Assembly: GCA_964589435.1 (NCBI GenBank)
Contig: CAZPTT010000009.1
Coordinates: forward strand, 2,457 to 66,456
Origin: an uncultured Pirellulaceae bacterium
GTDB taxonomy: Bacteria; Planctomycetota; Planctomycetia; Pirellulales; Pirellulaceae
Length of the DNA: 64,000 bases
Direction: 5' to 3'
A program made the translations under genes and the position numbers. The notes beneath the pieces are model-generated. The model worked only from the letters and a program-made list of their open reading frames with translations. It ran no database searches and was not told where the DNA came from. This document shows, one piece after another, positions 1-7,941 of this stretch (positions within the stretch are counted from its first letter, which is position 1; each line of letters starts with the position of its first letter).

Positions 1-169
1 CGGTGCCTTACGCTTGTGTAAGTTTGTTTTAGCTCTGACAATAGGTTTTGATTCTTCATCAAAAACTCGGACGGCTGATGACTCGCATGACTGGAGACTA
101 TGGTTTCTTCGGAAAGGCCGAGGCTCCTTGGCGAGTTCGTCTTTCCATGGCTGTGCGAGAGAAGGCAAA

Positions 170-1906
170 ATGAAGCCACCGATTTGCGAAATTTGCAATA
201 ATTCGTTTTCTCCAAGAGACGGCGAACTCATCTCCTTTCTTGATGACTCGACGACCAAAGTGTTCGATGATCGCGCCAAACAACCTGGATTTGTCGGCCA
301 TCGTCCCAACCGCGGATGGTTCTGCGCGAAACATTGCGATGATGCGCAGAAACTTGCACCGACCATGACGTTAACCAGTGCGATTGGCGAGCTACTGGGA
401 GAGCCCAAGCATGCGAGCGCCAAATCACTTGATGGCAGAGCAACCGTTGTCGATCAGATTAGTTCTGCGGGCGAGACGTCGGCAGCAAACCAGGTAATTG
501 GCAAACACCACGAACCAGAAATCAACCCTTGGCCGGCAATTGGTAAACTTGGAGATGGAACGGCGAGCTGTGCTTCTTGTGAAAGCGTGTTCCCTGAAAA
601 AGCAGGCGGAATCATCGAGTTCTTTGAAGAGTATTCGGTGAAGGTGAAGCGATCGTTGCTTGCTGGAAATGCTCGATTCGAACGACCGAGCCGTCGATGG
701 TTTTGTCCAAGGCACATTGGCCCCGCGATGATGATCCGCGATACTATCGGCCTGGATATGGCTCGGCAGATTCTGGTGCCGGATGATCGAGAGCCATTTG
801 AATACAACGAGGCGCCACCGAGCGTCACGATTGGGTCGGTAGATGACCAAGGTGAACCTCTGCGTGGCCCTTATATTCCAATGCCTGATCTTGCCTTTGA
901 TGCGGTCACCCCGAAGGTTTTTCCTATTTCAAATCGAATTGCCCGCGACGCAAGCGATATCTTAAGGAATGCCAGTAAGCTGGCCTTGTCCGCTCTGCAG
1001 GTATCTCACTCGCGTACGCCTGGTTCGATTGGGAGTGAGTCGCAGGATCCTGATGACCTTCGATGGATGAGAGGTCCATTCAAGTGCCGTACCAATGTCG
1101 GCTTAAGGCATGGGGCTGACGTTGTTGCGTTCACGATCAGCGCTCGATACTTAGACGGCCAAGAAGTCGTCGGTGAGCACTGTCGAATTTTAGTTCAGCA
1201 CCGCGAGCAGTCAGTGTTCGAAGCGGTTGTCGTTGCTAATCAAGATGCTGCCCTCGCTCCAGATGGCCTTGTCTTACTCAATGAACTTCATGTCCGGGTT
1301 GTGGAAGAATACGGAAGTCGCTTTGCCGACATGATCCAATCTCTCAACGAGCTTCTAAATCAAGTTGCCGCCGATCCTTTTGCCGACAATTCGGACATCA
1401 ACGGAGCCGACCTACAAGGCGGCAAAATTCGGCGCGGAGCTCTGGACACAAACTCGTCGTTTATTGAATGGAAAATTGAGCCGGTAGCCACACACATTAT
1501 TCGCCAGCAATTTCTGGATTTGTTACCAAAGTTGTTGAACGAACTGAATTTGGGTCCTCTCCCGGAACTGGAACTAAAACAAAACCGCTCGTGGTCGCCA
1601 ATGGACGGATCACGTGAACCGGATTGTCCTTACGAGGATCGGGTTCGGTGGACAGCAAACGATGACACTGGATTGATGATCAGTGTGTCGAGCAGCCAAG
1701 CTCACTGGAGTGACCAAAGCATCTCAAATGTCTCTGCCTCTCTTTACGTCAAGCTTGGCGAGATTTGCGTGTCCATTGGAGCATCAGGCAGGGGAGAGCA
1801 CGATCGGTGCACAACATTAACGTTAAGTCGCCCGACGTCACCGCTGGTTATTCGCATCGTCACTTCCGCTTTTGCTCCGTTACTTCGAAGCGATGAGGCT
1901 GATTAG
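170..1906 (+). CDS. Hypothetical protein with two N-terminal CxxC...WFCxxH putative zinc-binding repeats
   Basis: Long ORF (track 14..1906). ATG at 170 gives MKPPICEIC...GWFCAKH, and a second copy CASC...RWFCPRH follows. The rest is not recognised. Confidence 0.7.
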   Translation: MKPPICEICNNSFSPRDGELISFLDDSTTKVFDDRAKQPGFVGHRPNRGWFCAKHCDDAQKLAPTMTLTSAIGELLGEPKHASAKSLDGRATVVDQISSAGETSAANQVIGKHHEPEINPWPAIGKLGDGTASCASCESVFPEKAGGIIEFFEEYSVKVKRSLLAGNARFERPSRRWFCPRHIGPAMMIRDTIGLDMARQILVPDDREPFEYNEAPPSVTIGSVDDQGEPLRGPYIPMPDLAFDAVTPKVFPISNRIARDASDILRNASKLALSALQVSHSRTPGSIGSESQDPDDLRWMRGPFKCRTNVGLRHGADVVAFTISARYLDGQEVVGEHCRILVQHREQSVFEAVVVANQDAALAPDGLVLLNELHVRVVEEYGSRFADMIQSLNELLNQVAADPFADNSDINGADLQGGKIRRGALDTNSSFIEWKIEPVATHIIRQQFLDLLPKLLNELNLGPLPELELKQNRSWSPMDGSREPDCPYEDRVRWTANDDTGLMISVSSSQAHWSDQSISNVSASLYVKLGEICVSIGASGRGEHDRCTTLTLSRPTSPLVIRIVTSAFAPLLRSDEAD

Positions 1907-2344
1907 ATACTGGCCGCCAGTGGATGTGATTTGGCTGCTCAATTCTAAGCCAGGTGACAATCGTGATATGCGATCGATCAGCCACGCGGCAGCTGCGTTA
2001 GCGTCATCCTCCGTCGGACATCGTGCCATTGCTTCTCGACCACCCTTGCGTTCAAGCCGCTCAGCAGCCGCAATAATGGAGGCGGGTTCGACAACAATTA
2101 GATGATCCGGCCAAGCAATAACTGGATCGCTGGCTCCCTTGTTAGTGTTACATCCTTTGTGAGCCAGCCTATCCGGCGGGAGTGCGTTCCTGTCTTTTTT
2201 CTTCTTCTTGGCGCGTGCTTTGGTGATCCGTTTGTCCACACTTGCGCTGCGCGGATCATTCGAGTGCATGCCACGATCCACCGGTTCATCACACAACCAA
2301 CACCGCCAGCCATCGGCTTCGCCTACATCGTCGAGATGCCCCAT
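1880..2344 (-). CDS. HNH-endonuclease-like zinc-finger protein, apparently degenerate
   Basis: WRCWLCDEPVD...SVDKR...RLAHKGCNTNKG resembles the HNH pattern CxxC...DH...HxxCNxxKG, but DH reads DK. Confidence 0.65.
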   Translation of the reverse strand: MGHLDDVGEADGWRCWLCDEPVDRGMHSNDPRSASVDKRITKARAKKKKKDRNALPPDRLAHKGCNTNKGASDPVIAWPDHLIVVEPASIIAAAERLERKGGREAMARCPTEDDANAAAAWLIDRISRLSPGLELSSQITSTGGQYLISLIASK

Positions 2345-2578
2345 CGTTTTCCTTTAATCCTGAGAAAGCCTCAACCTGAATTGGGTCAGGTTCCCATAAA
2401 AAGATGCCGCGTAAGCCAAGCAAGTTAGAGCTACCACCGATCGATGTCGTGGCTTCAGTCGGTATGAGCGAAAGTTTTTGCAGCATCTTTTTTACGCCAC
2501 AGATCATACCGTTCAAGAGGTTTGAGTAGAAAAATTGGCGTTTGCTCAAGCGATTCCGCCAGCAATCGTTCAGCGCAT

Positions 2579-2613
2579 AAAAAAAGCCCACGCGTTTTGA
2601 GACGAATGGGCTT
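2579..2613 (-). terminator. Intrinsic terminator of the tad/vWA cluster
   Basis: AAGCCCA...TGGGCTT stem, giving a T7 tract on the minus strand just downstream of the stop at 2640. Confidence 0.7.
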
Positions 2614-2639
2614 GAGAATTCTGCCGAAGCGGCGAGCGA

Positions 2640-4184
2640 TTACTCGGTCAGAATTGTCGGTAGATTGTTAGCGATTTCTTCGAAAATCGCGACCAAGCCG
2701 TCTCCTTCATCAGCATGGTAGTGCCGGCCATATCCGGTCGCGGCGACATCTTCCATGGCATCTTGATCGGCTCCTGGAGTAAACGTCACGGTGTGAATCG
2801 TCACGTTGTTATCTTCAATGATGTCTTCCGCTGCGTCTTCGGGCTCTTCACCCGCGTTGTTCTCACCATCGGTCAAAACAACAATTGTCTTAGCCGCGAA
2901 CAATCGGGCATCATCGCCACTAATAATTGGGTCAACGCCTTCCAGCATCCCATCACCAATCGCCGTTCCGTCATACGGCTTGATACCGGCAACTTTGTTT
3001 CGAATTAAGTCATAGTCTGACTGGAGCTCGTATTCGAGATAAGTACTGGTGTTAAACGTTACCAAAGATACCAATTCCTCTTGGTCCGTGTTTTCCAGAA
3101 TATCGAGGAACGCATCAACTCCATCCTCAAGTAGATCCCAACGGCTGTGCCGAGCTGCTTGGGAAGTGTTGTATTCCCAGTCATAAGCAAATTCTGCCAT
3201 ATCTTGGGTGAGTTTGTTTGATTCACTAGAGCTAAACGAAGTGCCGAGCGTGTGATCATCGTTGGTCCATTTTTCCAATTGATAAATTACGTTATTGGAA
3301 TACTCTCGGCTGTAAAGGGACTTGGTCGCATCTTGATATTCATCCCAACTGATGAGGCGATCGCTTGACGAACTGCCATCAACATAATATTTGTCCCACC
3401 AATCGAGAAACTCCCAATCTGATTCGGCATCTTCTTCCTTGTGGTATCCACGCCAGTAATACCACCACCCAGATCGTTCCCAGTAGGCATACATCCAGTA
3501 GCCTTCTTCTCCGGATGTCTCATAGGTCGAGTACAAGTCGTAAAGCGTGTCCGTTAGCGCCTCGTCGTCTTCGTAATACAGCATGGATCCTGAGCGATCG
3601 AGAACCAGAGCGATATCACGATCAACTTGAGTCGCAATCGAGCGGCGATTGACCGCGAACTCACCGAAGTTGCCGTAGTTCATTACGTTGAAAACGACTG
3701 GCAACTCGATACGAGTATTGATAGCAATACTTGTCGCACGCTGAACACCGGTATCGACATCGTCTTTGTCGACTCCGGTAAACTCATACATTCCGTAACC
3801 GCCATCGCCGCGTGTTGACAGTCCAAATTGGGCATCGAAATGGTCTTCGTCGTTTTCAGAGGCCGAAATCGAAATCACCTGCCCACCAACAAGATTGGCT
3901 TGAGCGGTTAGTTCGGCCTGTGCGATAGCGGCATCGGTTGTTTGATGGACGCTCATGGCGCGACCACCCGCGTGGGCAGAAGCGTCAGTAGCGACTTTCA
4001 ATTCCGTCGAAACCTTTTGCATGTAAGCCAAGTTAATTGCGAAGCCACAAAAGATCAGCAAAACCGGCAGCATGAAAGCGAACAACGGAGCGACAGCACC
4101 TTTTCGATTCAGCTTGGTCGTCTTCGCACATTTAAGTTTCATCATCATTTCGGATCGTCTTTCATTCAATGTTGGGTCGAACAT
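2640..4184 (-). CDS. TadG-like pilus-associated protein with vWA domain
   Basis: N-terminal RKGAVAPLFAFMLPVLLIFCGFAINLAY (Tad/pseudopilin-like TM), MIDAS DRSGS, GTAIGDG and VVLTDGENN. Confidence 0.85.
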   Translation of the reverse strand: MFDPTLNERRSEMMMKLKCAKTTKLNRKGAVAPLFAFMLPVLLIFCGFAINLAYMQKVSTELKVATDASAHAGGRAMSVHQTTDAAIAQAELTAQANLVGGQVISISASENDEDHFDAQFGLSTRGDGGYGMYEFTGVDKDDVDTGVQRATSIAINTRIELPVVFNVMNYGNFGEFAVNRRSIATQVDRDIALVLDRSGSMLYYEDDEALTDTLYDLYSTYETSGEEGYWMYAYWERSGWWYYWRGYHKEEDAESDWEFLDWWDKYYVDGSSSSDRLISWDEYQDATKSLYSREYSNNVIYQLEKWTNDDHTLGTSFSSSESNKLTQDMAEFAYDWEYNTSQAARHSRWDLLEDGVDAFLDILENTDQEELVSLVTFNTSTYLEYELQSDYDLIRNKVAGIKPYDGTAIGDGMLEGVDPIISGDDARLFAAKTIVVLTDGENNAGEEPEDAAEDIIEDNNVTIHTVTFTPGADQDAMEDVAATGYGRHYHADEGDGLVAIFEEIANNLPTILTE

Positions 4185-4284
4185 TCAATGCCTCCAGTAC
4201 ATGGAAATTTAATTGCTTCGTAGTTGGCCCGTTTCCAGGCCGAAGATCGCTTACGCTATTCATTCGCGTTTTTCAGCTCGTCAC

Positions 4285-4782
4285 CTAATCAATATCGTCC
4301 GCGTCAAAGTACCCGCGGTATCGCTCGGTACGAATGGTCATACTGGCATTGATTTGTGTATCACCAAGCACGCTGGCTGGTATGATGACTGAGTTTTCAT
4401 TCAAGTTGATTGTGATCGCACACCGAATTTGCTCGGTATCAAATGCGATCTCGCCTTCGACTTCGCCTGAGTCGTTGAGTGACCCGTCGAAACCGTTGAT
4501 CGTGATTTCTGCGCCTTGCGTCCCCAATCGTGAAAGAATGGTATTCGCTCGCTCGATGCCATCAGCGATCGTGCCGCCCTCGGTCATGACGAAGCGTGCT
4601 CCCTCGTACGCGGCGTTCTGAGCAAGGTTTCGCATCATGCTCAAGCGAGCAAATTCGGCGCAAACTACAATCACCAACACGAACGCGGGTGCGACCATCG
4701 CAAACTCCAACGCGACCGCACCACGGCGTCGATTTCGCCGAGAACGGGCCTTGTTAGTTGTTTTCTTCGCGAATGGATTCAT
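4285..4782 (-). CDS. tadE: TadE/TadG family pseudopilin
   Basis: RRGAVALEFAMVAP...AAYEGAR signature. Confidence 0.88.
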   Translation of the reverse strand: MNPFAKKTTNKARSRRNRRRGAVALEFAMVAPAFVLVIVVCAEFARLSMMRNLAQNAAYEGARFVMTEGGTIADGIERANTILSRLGTQGAEITINGFDGSLNDSGEVEGEIAFDTEQIRCAITINLNENSVIIPASVLGDTQINASMTIRTERYRGYFDADDID

Positions 4783-4825
4783 CGTTTCTAACTCAAAAAT
4801 CTAAAGGTAATTTTTTTACGGCCTG

Positions 4826-4885
4826 GTTTTCTTCTTCTCACCTGTCTTCTTCCTACCTGTCTTCTTCCTAACTGCCTTCTACTTA
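4826..4885. repeat. Four degenerate 15-bp tandem units starting at the tadE stop codon
   Basis: CCTGTCTTCTTCCTA exact twice (4841-4870), with variants at 4826-4840 and 4871-4885. Confidence 0.8.
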
Positions 4886-5341
4886 GTCGTCGAATTCACG
4901 AACCATTGTCACAGAAGATGTAACATTGCGATTAACCAGGGTGTCGAAAATGTAAAGTGAGTTTCCAGCAGTTGGCGCGGTGATCGTGACAGTAATTGGG
5001 TCGAGTTCGCTTAGCGTGCTGAAGTCCGTAGGGTTAATCACAATTCCCGTTACCGTTCCAGCACTATCGGTTGGTAGTGTCACCAGACGATCAGCCAGCG
5101 CTTCAACCGCTCGGTCGTAAACATCGTCGTAGTCCGCCCGACGACGGACGCCCGCTCTTGCTGCTTCATATGCACAAACCGTCAAAGACTCCGACAAGTA
5201 AATTCCTGCGCAAACTTCGAGCGTTCCCATCATTAAAACAATGACGATTGGGATGCAAAGAGCCGCCTCCACAACTGCCGCACCTTTACGATCGCTTTTT
5301 CGGCGACGGGAGAGGCGTGATTTTGAAACGATTTGATTCAT
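4883..5341 (-). CDS. tadE: TadE family pseudopilin
   Basis: RKGAAVVEAALCIP...AYEAARAG signature. Confidence 0.88.
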   Translation of the reverse strand: MNQIVSKSRLSRRRKSDRKGAAVVEAALCIPIVIVLMMGTLEVCAGIYLSESLTVCAYEAARAGVRRRADYDDVYDRAVEALADRLVTLPTDSAGTVTGIVINPTDFSTLSELDPITVTITAPTAGNSLYIFDTLVNRNVTSSVTMVREFDD

Positions 5342-5653
5342 GGTTGATTACTTGTTAAGAGTCGGTCGAGGCAAAATGCTCACTGGTTGTTATGGAGACT
5401 CAGTTGTTATTGGAAACGTATGTCAACAATCACGAGGCGGCGTGATTTCAATCAAACTTCCCACGTGAATTCTTCCGAGCCTGCTACCCAATTAGTACAT
5501 CCGCGCCAACCGTTATTCGTTTCTCGATACCGTTCAAGCAACCGTAAATTTTGCGGCATTGGACTCACCGTTGCATAACCGGCAAAACAAAGACATTCGG
5601 AATAATCATTTCGCCTTTACTTCCGTTGGAAGGCAAATAGAATTGTGGCTTCG

Positions 5654-5833
5654 TTGGAACGGTGATCGCGTTTGGCACATCTGCTCGTGATTAAAGGGAA
5701 CCCGGTGAAATTCCGAGACGGCCCCGCCGCTGTAACCGGCTGAAAAACGACCACTTTCTTACACCATTGTCGCTCTCGAGCGATGAGAAGGTTGGGGTCG
5801 TTTAGCTGGAAGTCAGAATACCTGCCGATCCAA
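5654..5833 (+). promoter_or_regulatory. Cobalamin (B12) riboswitch
   Basis: Conserved elements in order: AAAGGGAA, CCGGTGAAATTCCG, GGCCCCGCCGCTGTAA, CCATTG...GAGAAGG and the B12 box AAGTCAGAATACCTGCC. P1 closes as TTGGAACGGT/GCCGATCCAA. Confidence 0.92.
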
Positions 5834-5888
5834 TTAACCGAAGTCGTTTTTGCGAGGGACAAAACGGTTTCAGAATCGATCTGTATTT

Positions 5889-6737
5889 ATGTTCACAACA
5901 TACGCGGGTGAGCTGCGCGCTACGCGATGCCATCACCAATGGCCTTCCAGGCAAGCGGCCCCACTGACGCGAGGGTTCACACTGGTTGAATTGCTTGTCG
6001 TTATCGCAATCATCGGAATTCTAATCGGCATGTTATTGCCAGCCGTGCAAATGGTACGAGAGTCCGCACGCCGCACAAGCTGCTTAAACAACCTTCGCCA
6101 AACAAGCATCGGCTTGCAGGCGTATCACGCGGCACTGGAAGAATTCCCAGTTGGCGCGATCGAGTGGCGAAGCGGCGGAGACAAAACGAAGCGTCAGTTG
6201 GCTTGGAGTATCCATTTGCTTCCATTCCTTGAACAGGACAATGTTCATCGACAACTTGATCTCAACACTCCGTTTGACAGTCCAGAGAATGCGCACGGTG
6301 CGGCTCAGATTTTGAGCGTCTTCATTTGCCCAAGTGGAGTACGCGGAGCAACGTTGGTGGACGGTCGTGGGCCATGTGACTATGGCGGAATTTACGGAGA
6401 GCGCATCAACAGTCCCAACAATCCTCCCAAAGGGATCATGATCCATGACATCGCCATTCGCTTGGCCGATGTGACCGACGGAAGCTCCAACACACTGATC
6501 GTCGCCGAGGACTCTGGCTGGGGCGATGGACAGTGGATCAATGGTCGTAATATTTTTGATCAAGCATTTAAAATCAATCAAGCGCCGTCATTTGAAAACG
6601 ACATTCGCAGTGAACACCCCAGCGGTGCCAATGCGACTCGCGCCGACGGCAGCGTGATGTTCATCTCGGAAAACACAGACCTGCAAACACTCGGCGCGAT
6701 CTGCTCCCGTGCCGGCGGAGAAACCGTCAGCTTTTGA
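5889..6737 (+). CDS. DUF1559 family prepilin-type (PulG-like) protein
   Basis: GFTLVELLVVIAIIGILIGMLLPAVQMVRESARR...C.NNLRQ, DGSSNT and the C-terminal H-X9-DG motif (HPSGANATRADG). ATG at 5889 preferred over TTG at 5850. Confidence 0.93.
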   Translation: MFTTYAGELRATRCHHQWPSRQAAPLTRGFTLVELLVVIAIIGILIGMLLPAVQMVRESARRTSCLNNLRQTSIGLQAYHAALEEFPVGAIEWRSGGDKTKRQLAWSIHLLPFLEQDNVHRQLDLNTPFDSPENAHGAAQILSVFICPSGVRGATLVDGRGPCDYGGIYGERINSPNNPPKGIMIHDIAIRLADVTDGSSNTLIVAEDSGWGDGQWINGRNIFDQAFKINQAPSFENDIRSEHPSGANATRADGSVMFISENTDLQTLGAICSRAGGETVSF

Positions 6738-6842
6738 ATGAGCCAACACTTACATCACTCTTGAATATGCCGACGGTTTTCCCTCGGCGCTTCTTACTTT
6801 TTAAGCACCTGCTTTTTGCTTTTTCACCTTGCGGCTAACAAC

Positions 6843-7721
6843 ATGAAACACTCACTAACTTTAAGTTCCCTATTCTTAGCTTCCATTTTCTTGGCGGCCA
6901 CGTCGACAACAGCTCAAACGCTTACCTTCGAAGAACTGCCTGTTCCGGCGACTGGTTTTTTTAACGGAGACGTTAATGGGGCGGCAAACTTGCGACAGAA
7001 CTTTCGCACGATTGGAACCCGAGACAACTTCGGTTCGGAAGAGACTCTTCAACTCTGGGGGCTCGGCGGCGGCGAGTTTTTTAATGGCTACACGGAAGCC
7101 TTCGGGTCTTGGAATGGCTGGAGTTGGTCGAACGTCGAAGATTCGGCGACTGCCGGATTCTTGAATCAGTACGCCTCGTTTCCAGGCGGGGGAAGTGATG
7201 GAGTTGGTGGAACTGACTCCGGTGGTAACTATGCGATTGGGTTTAGCGGCGAAGCGTACTTCAATTTACCTTCACTGACGGAACTAGTCTCGGTTGATCT
7301 CGCGAATTCGACCTACGCCGCACTATCAATGCGCGATGGAGATCAGTTTGCTCGCAAATTCGGTGGAGACAGCGGCGATGAAGAGGACTTTTTCAAGATC
7401 GACATCATTGGCTACAACCAGTTGTTCACCGGATCCGATTTAGCAGGATCCGAAGTAGGCTCGGTCGAGCTATTTCTGGCCGACTATCGTTTCGCGGACA
7501 ACAGCCTTGATTTCATCTCTGATCGCTGGAACAACGTTGATCTTTCTTCGCTGACCGGAGCCCAGTCGATCCGTTTCGCGATCGAGTCATCGGTAGGAGG
7601 GACACCATCCTATGTGGCCATCGACAATCTCAGCCTGACGACCTCGGTTCCAGAACCAGCAAGCGGAGCGTTTTTACTGGGCACGAGCTTGCTGCTGCTT
7701 ACGCAACGTCGTCGCCGCTGA
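6843..7721 (+). CDS. DUF4465 domain protein with signal peptide and PEP-CTERM sorting signal
   Basis: Signal peptide; DUF4465-like motifs WSWSN, NQYAS, NSTYAALSM.DGD.FARKFGG, FLADYR, W..VDLSSL and PSYVAIDNL; C-terminal VPEP + hydrophobic stretch + RRRR. Confidence 0.85.
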   Translation: MKHSLTLSSLFLASIFLAATSTTAQTLTFEELPVPATGFFNGDVNGAANLRQNFRTIGTRDNFGSEETLQLWGLGGGEFFNGYTEAFGSWNGWSWSNVEDSATAGFLNQYASFPGGGSDGVGGTDSGGNYAIGFSGEAYFNLPSLTELVSVDLANSTYAALSMRDGDQFARKFGGDSGDEEDFFKIDIIGYNQLFTGSDLAGSEVGSVELFLADYRFADNSLDFISDRWNNVDLSSLTGAQSIRFAIESSVGGTPSYVAIDNLSLTTSVPEPASGAFLLGTSLLLLTQRRRR

Positions 7722-7767
7722 ATAAGCTTGACAGCTTGCTGGCGGATCTGAAAAACCGTCTTTTCAC

Positions 7768-7800
7768 GGGCACTCAAACTCGATTTGAGTGCCCACTTTT
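7768..7800 (+). terminator. Intrinsic terminator candidate closing the B12 operon
   Basis: Perfect 11-bp inverted repeat GGGCACTCAAA-ctcga-TTTGAGTGCCC followed by ACTTTT. Confidence 0.65.
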
Positions 7801-7941
7801 CACGCTTCTTTCCTCTCATAGCAAGGAAACTGAAAAGTCTGCTTCTGTCGTAGCAGGACGGCACGACCCGCGCATAGCGCGTAGCAAGAAAATTGACCAG
7901 CGGTTTACGAAGGGTTAGGATCGTTCACGAAGTAGTGAAAT

